A program made the translations under genes and the position numbers. The notes beneath the pieces were generated by a model that was given only the letters and a program-made list of their open reading frames with translations, was not told the origin of the DNA and ran no database searches. From positions 186,001-250,000 of the IMG/VR virus record IMGVR_UViG_3300027985_000843: a DNA stretch of 64,000 nt; one strand, given 5' to 3'. Positions 1-9,666 of the stretch are shown here, in pieces (the stretch's first letter is position 1; each line of letters opens with the position of its first letter).

Positions 1-2090
1 ATGACTCCGAACCGGAAACCAGGAGAAGGCAACGTGAAATCGCCCTCAACGAGACCCCAATTCGTCGAGGTATAAGGCCAGCCCACCTCAGTGCCCGACC
101 CACCACCAGCACCAACAGTAACCCCCGATGATGCACGCATGGCTATACGTAAATAGTACCGATTCCCAGACGTGCCGAGCTTGTAGACATCGATCGCCCC
201 ACCTCCGTTGTCGGTCACGCGCATATTACGTATGCCCTCATAGGGAGACGCTGACTCCTTAGACAACGTGGCACCTGCTCCAGACAGATACGCAGAAGTA
301 TCAACCCCGTCCATGTTGAAGTCTGTGCTGTTTAATTGTGGCGCGTATGTGTAAGCCCCCTCGTACAACGGATCCACCCACGTCACGAGCCCAGCCCAAC
401 CCTCAAGCTCCGCGTCAGAAAGCTCGTCATAGGAGAGCGGGATGTTGTGCTTGTTCGACAACATCCTCTCGACGTTTGCACGCTCGGCATCCGTGAGAGC
501 GGTAGGACGAAACATGACATCGGCGTGCGAGCCCGTCATTGCGTACCCAACACCACCATATCCAAAGTTCATTGGGTAAGAGGGCAAGCCAGCAATAAAC
601 CCAGAAGTGGACGCTGTGTTGTGCACTAAAACGCCATCGATCCAGATCTTGAACGATCCTCCGAGACCTTCGTGAACCATCACCAGCTGGAACGGCTTGT
701 TTGCGATGATCGCACCCGTCGGCAAGCTGGTAGACCAAGCCGGAGCACCCGTACCATTCGCAATATAGATGGTGATCACACCAGTGGACGGCGACACGAG
801 CACGAGTATCCCAAACTGGGTGAACGTATTGAAGTTTCCAAAGATGGCACTTGAATCCGAAGTGACACTGAACACACCAGCTATCGAAAAAGGTCGGCCA
901 TCATGCAAGAAATCGAACGCGCCGTTGGGTAGGTTCGAGGCATTCCTGTCAGTCGAGCTTGTGTCGTACCTGACCCATCCCGTATTCGGATCGATCCACG
1001 ACATGGCCGTAGCACTCGCCTGAACGATGCTCCCGCACGGATCGTCAAGGTCTATCACTTCGATCTGGTCAAATTCAACCCATGATCCAACAATGGTGCC
1101 AATCGAGCCCACATACAGTGTTGTGTTTCCACCGCACAGAACCACGACATCAAAGTATTGCCAATCCGTGTTTGCCTCGCCGTCCCATCCTGCGTTCAGC
1201 CCGCACAGCACGCGTGGCGCTTGCGACGCCGTGGACGAACGCGCCCACCCACGCAACCTATAGGTGTGGCCTAGCGTAAGTATTCCGCTTTGGGTAGCGT
1301 AGAACGTGGCGGCCGTGCACGTCACGCGTAGGACTTGTGTTCCGTCTCCTGATGGCGAGCCACTTTCCTTGGTTAGTGTTGCATCGACTGCTGCCCACGA
1401 TGCAACCCCTACATATTCCATCCTCCCATCGTTGCAGCGATTGAGACCGGGGCCCCTCGCTTCAATGCCGACGACAGAGTGATTCGTGCCAGGGTTCACC
1501 TCGTCATACTCAGAATAAGTCGTTCCGACGGTCCACAACCGGGCGATGTTCACCGTTGCGGTGAATTCCCCCATGTCGAGCAGTGTCCAATCGGTGAGCG
1601 ACGTTTGTGCAAAGATGCTTCCGTCATGATACATGCGAGCATCGGAGGACCCGTCGCCTCTGCCATAAACCCCCACATCCGAGTAGCGATTGCCGACGGT
1701 TAGAAATGCAACAGGTATCGTGTACGGGTTGGCCGTGCCGTTGTAGGCTACGCGCATCCCGTTGCCAACCAGTCCAGTGACGGTCGTGAGCACTGCATCG
1801 TTGACAGGTGCCCAGCCAGTTGTGGTCTCCAGTGAAGTGTTCGGGAGACTCGGCGGTGGAGCATACGTCACGCTCAGCGGGTCCCCCACCGGATCGATCC
1901 ACCACGCATCCCCCAGGTCCGCGAAAGTGAAGGGGGTCGTTCCCCCGCGCACCACGCCGCAACCGACACCACAACCGATACCATCCGCCCCACGAGGAGT
2001 AGGGTAGCCTCCAATGAACTCGGCCGGGCTCAGGCCCATACTGAAGGCGAGTCCATACGCCCAGATTTTTGCCCACTGGAGGCTCTTCAC
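1..2090 (-). CDS. Fibre/receptor-binding-like protein with LamG (concanavalin-A-like) and CBM-like modules; partial, runs off the left edge
   Basis: Manual translation from GTG at 2090 (1 nt after the upstream TGA) stays open to the window edge, 696 codons. It contains KPFQLVMVHEGLGGSFKIWIDGVLV...DVMFRPTALTDAERANVERML (LamG-like) and two similar segments, DATLTKESGSPSGDGTQVLRVT and GATLSKESASPYEGIRNMRVT. It is absent from the ORF track because there is no stop in the window. Confidence 0.7.
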   Translation of the reverse strand, partial: MKSLQWAKIWAYGLAFSMGLSPAEFIGGYPTPRGADGIGCGVGCGVVRGGTTPFTFADLGDAWWIDPVGDPLSVTYAPPPSLPNTSLETTTGWAPVNDAVLTTVTGLVGNGMRVAYNGTANPYTIPVAFLTVGNRYSDVGVYGRGDGSSDARMYHDGSIFAQTSLTDWTLLDMGEFTATVNIARLWTVGTTYSEYDEVNPGTNHSVVGIEARGPGLNRCNDGRMEYVGVASWAAVDATLTKESGSPSGDGTQVLRVTCTAATFYATQSGILTLGHTYRLRGWARSSTASQAPRVLCGLNAGWDGEANTDWQYFDVVVLCGGNTTLYVGSIGTIVGSWVEFDQIEVIDLDDPCGSIVQASATAMSWIDPNTGWVRYDTSSTDRNASNLPNGAFDFLHDGRPFSIAGVFSVTSDSSAIFGNFNTFTQFGILVLVSPSTGVITIYIANGTGAPAWSTSLPTGAIIANKPFQLVMVHEGLGGSFKIWIDGVLVHNTASTSGFIAGLPSYPMNFGYGGVGYAMTGSHADVMFRPTALTDAERANVERMLSNKHNIPLSYDELSDAELEGWAGLVTWVDPLYEGAYTYAPQLNSTDFNMDGVDTSAYLSGAGATLSKESASPYEGIRNMRVTDNGGGAIDVYKLGTSGNRYYLRIAMRASSGVTVGAGGGSGTEVGWPYTSTNWGLVEGDFTLPSPGFRFGV

Positions 2091-2091
2091 G

Positions 2092-2349
2092 TCAGTACCC
2101 TCCCACCAGGTCCATGCCCGCACCGATGGCGGTGATCTCGATGATCTGCACCATCGCGACCTTCTCGTACTGTGCCAGGTACATGTCGACGGCCGCCGAG
2201 TCATCTGGCCCACGGAAAGAGAAGGTGCCCGCAGCACCGTTGTTCCAGACGGCCCGAATCGGCTCGGTGTACGTGGTGGCCGTCAAGGCCAGATGGTGAG
2301 TGGTGCCCCGCAGGGACGCAACCGCAGCTTGAATCGTCTGAGGCATCAC
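2092..2349 (-). CDS. Hypothetical protein (85 aa)
   Basis: Tightly packed minus-strand ORF overlapping the upstream stop codon. Confidence 0.6.
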   Translation of the reverse strand: MMPQTIQAAVASLRGTTHHLALTATTYTEPIRAVWNNGAAGTFSFRGPDDSAAVDMYLAQYEKVAMVQIIEITAIGAGMDLVGGY

Positions 2350-2975
2350 AGCTCCTCGTAAGTCACGATGGTGGAGTCAAGATTGTCGGCCTTCACCTTG
2401 ACGGTATCCCCAGCTTGAATCCCGCCCCCGGGAAGGTTGGCCGCGAGGATCACGATCTGTGTCGCCGAGACGGTACCCCCTGCCGCCGTGATCTGGGTGG
2501 CGGTACGTGTGAGGAAGGTCTCACCCCGGGCCAAGGTGACCGAGGTGACGTAAGGGTCGAAGGAATCGAAGGCTGTACCTGTGATGGTCAGGTCTCCGTT
2601 GACTTCTCGCACGACGGAGGTGATTACCGGTTGTACTGCGTCGGGCTTGAAAGCGTCGGCGGCCCGAGCGGCCTCACGGAACATACCGTCACGCTCGGAG
2701 AGAAGGTACATCACATGTTCGAGGCTCATCCCCATCTTGGCCGCCACCAAGACGGGTGGGTCATTGGCGATCTCGGGCAGCCCCGCCGGCTTCTTCTCGG
2801 CACCGTACCAGAGCAGCCACTTGATCACGTCGGCCTTCTGACCAGCGCCAAGTTCATCAAAGGTCTTGTAGGTGGGTGGTTCGTTGAGCCCAATCACTCG
2901 TGCAGCACCTGCAATGGCCTGCGACTCGGTCACGTACTGGCTCAGGATGGGAGCCACTTCAGCTAGGGATGCCAT
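2346..2975 (-). CDS. Virion-associated protein with C-terminal IPT/TIG (Ig-like) domain
   Basis: Start moved to MASLAEV (ATG 2975, AGGAG upstream). C-terminal QPVITSVV..LTITGTAF..TVSATQIVI pattern. Confidence 0.55.
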   Translation of the reverse strand: MASLAEVAPILSQYVTESQAIAGAARVIGLNEPPTYKTFDELGAGQKADVIKWLLWYGAEKKPAGLPEIANDPPVLVAAKMGMSLEHVMYLLSERDGMFREAARAADAFKPDAVQPVITSVVREVNGDLTITGTAFDSFDPYVTSVTLARGETFLTRTATQITAAGGTVSATQIVILAANLPGGGIQAGDTVKVKADNLDSTIVTYEEL

Positions 2976-2986
2976 ATTGGTTCTCC

Positions 2987-4093
2987 TTATGCCTGACCCA
3001 GCTTCTTGATCCGCAGCACCCAAGAAGATGTGCCCGCTGTCCACCCAGTGACCGTGGTCTGCACACGTAACCACTCGCAAGCCACAGGCGCGTCGGGAGC
3101 AATCCACGCAGAGCTGTCCACGATCTTGCTTACGTTGAAGCATTCCTTGGTCACGTCCTTGAACACGGCCGTCGTCGCATCCTCGACGTCATCATTGGAA
3201 TAGGCGACGGTGACCGCGATCTCTTCTGCTGCGGCCTTGGTCGATGCGAACAACAGACTCCACCGAAGGTACCCGCCCATCCGCACGTACTTGGTCACCG
3301 TGCCGTTTGCCCCAAGACTGCTGTCGAGAGGAGCCGCCGCGTAACCGTCGAGCTGAGACCAAACCGGCAAGACCTGGTTGGCAGCGGCGACGTCATTGTA
3401 CGCCTGGTCATGTGTGACCAGCTTGTGCTCGTCATCGATGAGCACCCTGCCGATGGCACCATCAGCAAGAAGGCTGGCAGAGGGGTCGGAGAGGTACTGC
3501 CCAGCCACCACCACAGGATTGGTCGTGGCTGCCGCCCCATCTGCATCCACGGCCAGCTTGGCGTCGAGGGAGGCCACCGACACTGCCGCTGCCGCCAATG
3601 TTACCTCCGTCGCCAGACCTGAGGCCGGAGAGATGTTGACGATGGCCTCAGCAGACGGATTCACATCCATGCCGATGTAGAACGAGTAGGTACCGGCCGG
3701 CTCACCACCAGCCGCAGCCACAACCAGTGCCAGCTCCAAGGACGTCGGCGTGCTGCTGTCGTCCAAGGCCACAGCTCTCAAGGCACCAATGAGATGCGGC
3801 AAGGGCTCGAATTGGATGTCCCCCGCTTCGAGGTCGAAGGTCACGGTGTCCAGCACGAACCACTGAGCACTCGTCCCGTCGTACACGTGAAGGGTGGCCG
3901 TGAGGGTCGGAGCTGGGCCAACGCCGTCGTACTTGTACCCCAGAGCGGCATTGTTGATCACCCGATGGGCGGGGACCTCCGTGATGTACACGTTGTCGTT
4001 GGTCAAGTAGGTGGCGTCAACGGGCACGACGTCAGCACCTAGGGCTGTACCTGCTCCACCGACGGTCCTGTCGAACTTGAATGGGAATCGCAT
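2987..4093 (-). CDS. Putative structural protein, beta-rich
   Basis: 368 aa Ala/Val/Thr-rich ORF within a packed minus-strand run. No family recognised. Confidence 0.55.
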   Translation of the reverse strand: MRFPFKFDRTVGGAGTALGADVVPVDATYLTNDNVYITEVPAHRVINNAALGYKYDGVGPAPTLTATLHVYDGTSAQWFVLDTVTFDLEAGDIQFEPLPHLIGALRAVALDDSSTPTSLELALVVAAAGGEPAGTYSFYIGMDVNPSAEAIVNISPASGLATEVTLAAAAVSVASLDAKLAVDADGAAATTNPVVVAGQYLSDPSASLLADGAIGRVLIDDEHKLVTHDQAYNDVAAANQVLPVWSQLDGYAAAPLDSSLGANGTVTKYVRMGGYLRWSLLFASTKAAAEEIAVTVAYSNDDVEDATTAVFKDVTKECFNVSKIVDSSAWIAPDAPVACEWLRVQTTVTGWTAGTSSWVLRIKKLGQA

Positions 4094-4120
4094 GCCTAAC
4101 CTCTCGACCGAGGGCCGTTG

Positions 4121-4528
4121 TCAGCCCCCTGCCCGTTCCTTCGCCACAAGATGATCATAGGAGATGGCCGCAGCTTCTCCCTTGGTCACCCGCACATGAT
4201 CCTGCACGTCCGCCCACTTGTCGGCCAACTGACCGCCGTGGTTGGGGACGAGCCTTGTCTTGGGAGCATGGTCCCTCTGACGACGGCCCATCTCCTCGTA
4301 GTGCTGGGCCCGGTAAGCCCTCTCCTTGCTCGTTCGAGAAGGCCAGCCGCCAGTCTCGCCATCCTTGAGGGTGAAGCTGACGCTGCCCGGGTCAAACACG
4401 AGCCTCAACTCGTTGTTGTCATCGTCGAGCAAGACCTTATCCCCATCTCGGATGGCCTTGTACTCGGTGATGGACAGTCTGTGTGAGAACCTCGTCCCGT
4501 CAGGGCACTCGAACGTGTAAACCGGCAT
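4121..4528 (-). CDS. FmdB-like small protein
   Basis: N-terminal MPVYTFECPDG resembles the FmdB family start, but the second Cys pair is not evident. Confidence 0.5.
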   Translation of the reverse strand: MPVYTFECPDGTRFSHRLSITEYKAIRDGDKVLLDDDNNELRLVFDPGSVSFTLKDGETGGWPSRTSKERAYRAQHYEEMGRRQRDHAPKTRLVPNHGGQLADKWADVQDHVRVTKGEAAAISYDHLVAKERAGG

Positions 4529-4542
4529 GTTTCATCTCCATT

Positions 4543-5361
4543 TCATTTGGTTGGGATCGTCCAGCCCCTCGTAATGAGGAGGGCTGCTGCGACGTGCTTG
4601 CAGACTTTGTTCACCCGATCGGGATCCCGGATGTCTGGAGTCGTCGCGGTGCCGCGAGGCTTACCAAGAAGGTAGCTCTGGCCTTTGGCGTGATACTCGG
4701 GCCCCAGCCACTGCCAAGCAGGGCAGGAACAGGTCAGCTCAAGACCGAGCTTCCCGAAGGCAGTCACGTTGCCCTTCGGTCGAATGGCCTTGATCTTCAC
4801 AGCCTTGGCCCCATGCCCGCAGTCGACGCTGAACACCCATCGCAGATTCTTGATGTCCGCCCGCTTGAGGGTCGCGGTGCACGCGGCCGCCTTCTGCTGT
4901 ACCTTGCCCGAGAGGCCCTCTAGGACCTCTTCCTGGGTCGCAGCGACCCGGAGGCCCTCCGACGACTGAAAGCACCGGGAAGGGGCCCTAGAGAGCAACC
5001 AGAGGGCCACAACGAAGTCTGCTGACGCATTGTGTCTGTTCGGGATGCCGTCCCGGTAGGGGTAGTCGGTTTTCGAGGTGTCCGACGGCCCCAACCCTCT
5101 GTAGCTCGTGTCGTAGTAGGTCTCGTTGGTGTCGTACTGGCTCCGCTCCTTGGGGATATCTCGGGGCCCACGAATCCTCGTGAGGGGTTCGTCGCGGTCC
5201 GGTTGCGAGGTCGAGTCATCAACCGGCTTGTTGAACGTGCTCGTTCCCGGGATGGAGGGGTCGACACCGACCCCCTTCCCAGCAGGAGGGCCCTCGGGGA
5301 GCTTTGATTCCGCGAGGGTGTTCTGTCCGTACGGCGGGCGGCTTACGAGGGGCTGGTTCAC
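4543..5361 (-). CDS. SWIM zinc-finger protein
   Basis: LTCSCPAWQW...VCKHVAAAL (CxC...CxH), preceded by a disordered Pro/Gly-rich N-terminus. Confidence 0.7.
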   Translation of the reverse strand: MNQPLVSRPPYGQNTLAESKLPEGPPAGKGVGVDPSIPGTSTFNKPVDDSTSQPDRDEPLTRIRGPRDIPKERSQYDTNETYYDTSYRGLGPSDTSKTDYPYRDGIPNRHNASADFVVALWLLSRAPSRCFQSSEGLRVAATQEEVLEGLSGKVQQKAAACTATLKRADIKNLRWVFSVDCGHGAKAVKIKAIRPKGNVTAFGKLGLELTCSCPAWQWLGPEYHAKGQSYLLGKPRGTATTPDIRDPDRVNKVCKHVAAALLITRGWTIPTK

Positions 5362-6452
5362 TTCGCGTCAGGCGCCTCCCACGGATCCACGCTGGCGGAT
5401 TTGAACTCGTCCTTGTGCTTCTCCTTCTCGGAGTGCCACTTCGCCTTGTCTTCGGGCGACATGTTCTTGGTGGGGTCGGCCGGCTTGCCTTCCTCGAAGC
5501 GGCTCTGCTTGTCCTCTTCGTCATCCGCGACGATGTCCAGCATGGAGGCCAGGCGCATCTTCTTGGCGATCTGGGCCGGCTTGGTGTTGTAGGCACCCCG
5601 TTGCAGGTCAATGGCAGCGGTGAAGCCATCGATCCACCAAGTCCCGTACTTGCTGCTCACACGCTTGTACGCCTTTTTCGCGTCATGGATGGAGATGCTG
5701 TCGTCAGCCTTGTACGCCTTCAGGCCCGCAGCGTAACCCGCCTTGAAGTGGTCATCGTATTTGGGCTTCCCGCCCTCTTCCTCGGAAGGAAGGTCCACGG
5801 CCACCTTGGCCGTCTTCTCGACGAAGGAGATACCGCCCCACCCGAACAGTTCCTTCCGAGCAAGGGTGGCCGCCCTCAAGAGGTTCTGCACACCGCGCTC
5901 GTCGATGTTCGAGACGACTTGGGACATGTCCGTGCCATGCATCTCCTTGAGGAGGGCTTCGCCATCCCTCTTGATGACGTCGAGGGCCCCTGCGATGTTC
6001 TGGGCGAGTTTGTTCATTTTCGGATACTCCCTCTCATGCGCGGCCGCGCGAGGAATGGGAGTGTCCACGTTCCAGATGTCATCGTTGGGATTGACCATGT
6101 TGGGCTCCGAGCGTCGTTGGACTTGGCGAATGCGAACGTCTTTCAAGACGTCGTCGAGTTGGTGCACCTTCTCGGGACGCAGGTCCGCTTTGATCTCCTC
6201 GGAGTCAAGCTTGTTCGTCGCGAGAGCTGCTGCTTGAAGGGCCTTTTGCAACCTGAAGAGAATGCGAGGGATCGTGAAGATCAGATGCCCAGCAGACTCG
6301 AAGACAGCCTCTCTATGAGGGCTGTCTTCGACCAGGCGTGTGGCTTGACCTACATACCGGATGAGCTGGTCACACCGCATACGGGCATCACTCAGCTCCT
6401 CGACCAGGTAGACGGTCGCTCCAGTTGCAGCCTTCTTGCTATCCTCGGACAT
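5358..6452 (-). CDS. Putative internal head protein
   Basis: 364 aa charged protein with several K/R-x-A motifs (KKAAT, KTAKV, RLASM, KSASV). Confidence 0.55.
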   Translation of the reverse strand: MSEDSKKAATGATVYLVEELSDARMRCDQLIRYVGQATRLVEDSPHREAVFESAGHLIFTIPRILFRLQKALQAAALATNKLDSEEIKADLRPEKVHQLDDVLKDVRIRQVQRRSEPNMVNPNDDIWNVDTPIPRAAAHEREYPKMNKLAQNIAGALDVIKRDGEALLKEMHGTDMSQVVSNIDERGVQNLLRAATLARKELFGWGGISFVEKTAKVAVDLPSEEEGGKPKYDDHFKAGYAAGLKAYKADDSISIHDAKKAYKRVSSKYGTWWIDGFTAAIDLQRGAYNTKPAQIAKKMRLASMLDIVADDEEDKQSRFEEGKPADPTKNMSPEDKAKWHSEKEKHKDEFKSASVDPWEAPDAK

Positions 6453-6517
6453 GCGGATTCCTCGGTTCTCACGTCTCCCCTCGGGGAGCTATCAACCAAG
6501 GGAGCCGCACAAGTAGA

Positions 6518-7150
6518 CTAAGGACGTCGAGCGGCTTCTTCCAACGCAGCCACTTCTTGCTGTCGTTGGGCGAATGTTTCGCGAGTCCCGGCACCTGATG
6601 GCAGAAGAGCCTCTCGCCGAGAAATGATCAGGCCCGTATCCGTGTCGTCACGGTCGAGGGTCGACTTGGTGCCGCCAGCATCGAGGGTGACCTTCCGCCG
6701 CAGCTTGGATATTCTCACCCGTCTTACCGTAGAGGTCCCCGCCTCCGGGTTGTAAGCCACGAAGCCGATCAGCAAGCGACGAGGATCGTCACATGTCTTG
6801 ACGTCCACATGTTCACGGAGGAAGTCGGCTACGACAGTCGGCTCAACGACCTGGTCGTCTGGAACCAACGGCTTGCCAAAGACAGGCCATTGGACACACG
6901 TAGCCTCGTCTTTGAGAACGCCTGCCTCCAGAAGGTCTCCCAGTTCCTCGGAAGGCTCCATCTGAACCGTTTCGCCCGTCTCGTTGTTGACAAACCGGTA
7001 GGCGACTACTCCTAGAAGAGCTTCTTCCGGCGAATCACAAGGGAGAAATCTCCCCCAGCCGTCCCCCACCATAGACTTGAGCTGACGCTCTGCCTCTTCT
7101 TGGCTTGAGACGACCCGAGGGGCACTACCTGAGGTGACTACGGTGCTCAT
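6518..7150 (-). CDS. Hypothetical protein (210 aa)
   Basis: Minus-strand ORF overlapping the upstream stop codon. Confidence 0.6.
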   Translation of the reverse strand: MSTVVTSGSAPRVVSSQEEAERQLKSMVGDGWGRFLPCDSPEEALLGVVAYRFVNNETGETVQMEPSEELGDLLEAGVLKDEATCVQWPVFGKPLVPDDQVVEPTVVADFLREHVDVKTCDDPRRLLIGFVAYNPEAGTSTVRRVRISKLRRKVTLDAGGTKSTLDRDDTDTGLIISRREALLPSGAGTRETFAQRQQEVAALEEAARRP

Positions 7151-8358
7151 CGCTCGAACGCCTCCGGGAACTCCTCGATGAGGCGTCGTTTGACCTCGCC
7201 GTCCGTCTCAGCAGCGGCGACGGCTCGGATGACGTCCGGACGGTCATCGTAATCCGCCTGGAGGCGAGCGATCTTCTTGCGAATGGGGTCGCCGAAACGG
7301 TAGTTGTCCGGGAAGTCGGGGCAGATAGCCACAGCGATGGTGCGGCACACGGCATCGTCCGCCGCATCCACGTTCCTGGTGGCCGGGGCGGGGGGAGGAG
7401 CCTCTTGAGCCTCTTGAGCCTGGGCATTCTTGTCGACGAGGCGAACCCCTCTGCGAGGTCCGTTGGTGGTCGTGAATCGGATGCCGCCTTCTTCGATGAC
7501 CTCGGTACGGTTCTGGCCGCCCGTCCCACCAAGGTCGGCGATCTCGGTGCCGCCACCCACCTCTGGAGTGAGCTGGAAGCCTTCAGTGGTACGTGCCTGA
7601 GGGGCTCGAACGCGACCCACCACCTGACGCTGAGGCTCTGCGTCCACAGGCTTCGTGGCCCGAGCAGCAGCCAACTCCATCTCGTATTCCATCAGCTCCT
7701 CGTCGGTGGCACCATTCCTGCGGGCTTCCTCAAGCAACTCCTCTCGCGTGCGACCCACACCCGGCCGGACACGCACCTTCTGCGCTTGCGAGATGACCGC
7801 ACCTGCCTTCATGGTGTCCACAGAGGAGCGCTTGGCTCTTTCACCTGCGATGGTCTGGAACTCGATGCCTGGGACCGGCACACCGTCCTGGGGCTCGACC
7901 GATACACCGAGATACCGCTGACCCGCAGTGGACTCCGAACGAGCCGTACGCTGCCGGCGATAATTGTCCTGATTCCGCTGACGAGTTGCAGCGGCGTGGT
8001 CGTTGACGTTCCCGACCTCTCGCTCTTCGTGGTCGATGTCCATGTTGACTGGTCGACGGGGAGCGGGGTCCATGGGGTTGCCACCATCAGCGGCACGCAT
8101 CGTCATACCGGCGGGCTGCGGACGCTCTTCGGGGGCATCAGGATCGTACCTGTTGGAAGGCACAAGCCATCCCGTTCGGAGGGCGCCTCTGAGCTGAGGC
8201 ATCATGATAGGTGCCATCCCCGCATAGGAGACGCTGGTGCCATCAAACTCGACCTCAGCACCCTTCGGCACGGTGATGCCACTTGAGCCCAACGCGAACG
8301 ACCGCGTTGCAACGAAGACCTGTACATGCCCCGACCGGAATTGGATCTGCTGATTCAT
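7147..8358 (-). CDS. Hypothetical protein (403 aa)
   Basis: Long ORF with GGAG upstream of the ATG and GC3-rich codon usage. Confidence 0.65.
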   Translation of the reverse strand: MNQQIQFRSGHVQVFVATRSFALGSSGITVPKGAEVEFDGTSVSYAGMAPIMMPQLRGALRTGWLVPSNRYDPDAPEERPQPAGMTMRAADGGNPMDPAPRRPVNMDIDHEEREVGNVNDHAAATRQRNQDNYRRQRTARSESTAGQRYLGVSVEPQDGVPVPGIEFQTIAGERAKRSSVDTMKAGAVISQAQKVRVRPGVGRTREELLEEARRNGATDEELMEYEMELAAARATKPVDAEPQRQVVGRVRAPQARTTEGFQLTPEVGGGTEIADLGGTGGQNRTEVIEEGGIRFTTTNGPRRGVRLVDKNAQAQEAQEAPPPAPATRNVDAADDAVCRTIAVAICPDFPDNYRFGDPIRKKIARLQADYDDRPDVIRAVAAAETDGEVKRRLIEEFPEAFER

Positions 8359-8443
8359 TTCAATTTGTCTCCCTGTAACGAGGTTGAAGAACCCCTTACA
8401 GAGTACAAACCAACAAATGAATCACCGAACGGGACGGTTGACC

Positions 8444-8956
8444 CTACAGGGAGGGCGGGTCAACCGTATCGTCCAGTGCATCCAACTCAACCAACTCGTC
8501 TTCGTCTTCTTGCTCGGCATCAATGCCGTGAATCTCGTCCAGAACGTCGAACAAGGTGCGCTCTGCCCCCTCGTCGATGATGACACAGGTCTCCAGGAAC
8601 TCATCGATCTCGTAGGTCCGAAGGTCCCCTTCCACGAAGGTGTCGATGAACGTCCCGTCAATGGCAACGGACCTTACCTGACCAGGGATGTCCTTGCGAG
8701 TGTCCCAGAAGTGAACGGGAAGTAAGGCAGCTGGGTCAAAGAGGAGTTCAGCAGACCGCCGACGCAGCTCATGCAGGTGGGGGTTCATGTCCCGCTTCTG
8801 GCGGTACATTTCCACTTGCTGACGGTGCTTCATCCGCCAGTGCTGGTTCTGTTGCTTGCTCTTGAGCTTGTTTCGACGGTACTGCCGGACCCTCTGTTTG
8901 CGGGCCCTGCCTCTTTGCTTGTACCGGATAGCTACTCTGCGTGCGAGGTCGTCCAT
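8444..8956 (-). CDS. Hypothetical protein with basic N-terminus and acidic C-terminus
   Basis: Start moved to MDDLARRVAIRY (ATG 8956, GAGGG upstream). Arg/Lys/Gln-rich helix, then an acidic tail. Confidence 0.55.
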   Translation of the reverse strand: MDDLARRVAIRYKQRGRARKQRVRQYRRNKLKSKQQNQHWRMKHRQQVEMYRQKRDMNPHLHELRRRSAELLFDPAALLPVHFWDTRKDIPGQVRSVAIDGTFIDTFVEGDLRTYEIDEFLETCVIIDEGAERTLFDVLDEIHGIDAEQEDEDELVELDALDDTVDPPSL

Positions 8957-8981
8957 CACCCTCACAGCAGCCAAAAGAAGA

Positions 8982-9653
8982 TCAGGGGACCCACCACCGG
9001 ACTGGAGATTGACCCATCTTCTCAAGGGCCTCGTTGGCACGAGAGAAAGGGCGGCTCCCAAAGAAACCCGTGTGAGCGGACATGGGGCTCGGGTGAGGAG
9101 AGGCAATTACGGCGTGCCTGGTGGTGTCTAAAAGAGCCCTCTTGCTCTGGGCATCCTTGCCCCACAGGATGAACACCATGGGCTCCTGGCGGGCGTCAAG
9201 AGCCCGTATGACGGCATCGGTAAACGCCTCCCACCCCATTCCCCGATGAGAGCCGGGTTCATGGGCCCGCACGGTCAGAACGGTGTTGAGCAGGAACACG
9301 CCTTGGCGCACCCATGCCTCAAGACAGCCATGGGCAGGAGGAGCTGCCCAGCCAAGGTCGTAACACGCTTCCTTGTAGATGTTCCGAAGACTCGGAGGGA
9401 TGGGCATGTCTGCCGGGACGCTGAAGCTCAGCCCGTGAGCTTGACCTGCATTGTGGTAGGGGTCCTGCCCGAGGATGACCACTCGAACATCCTCCAGGGG
9501 CAGGTCAAAGGCATGGAAGATCATGCCGGACGGAGGGAAGACCGTGTTGTCTCTCCGGTCCGACGTGATGTACTTCACAAGATCTGTAAAATAGGTCTTC
9601 TTGAATTCGTTGGCGAGGGCTTGTTTCCAGGACGCGTGCATGCCCTGGGACAT
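8982..9653 (-). CDS. ung: Uracil-DNA glycosylase, family 1
   Basis: GQDPYH, LLNTVLTV and HPSPMS motifs (canonical HPSPLS). The true start may be ATG 9641. Confidence 0.95.
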   Translation of the reverse strand: MSQGMHASWKQALANEFKKTYFTDLVKYITSDRRDNTVFPPSGMIFHAFDLPLEDVRVVILGQDPYHNAGQAHGLSFSVPADMPIPPSLRNIYKEACYDLGWAAPPAHGCLEAWVRQGVFLLNTVLTVRAHEPGSHRGMGWEAFTDAVIRALDARQEPMVFILWGKDAQSKRALLDTTRHAVIASPHPSPMSAHTGFFGSRPFSRANEALEKMGQSPVRWWVP

Positions 9654-9666
9654 ACACCAGGGAGGT

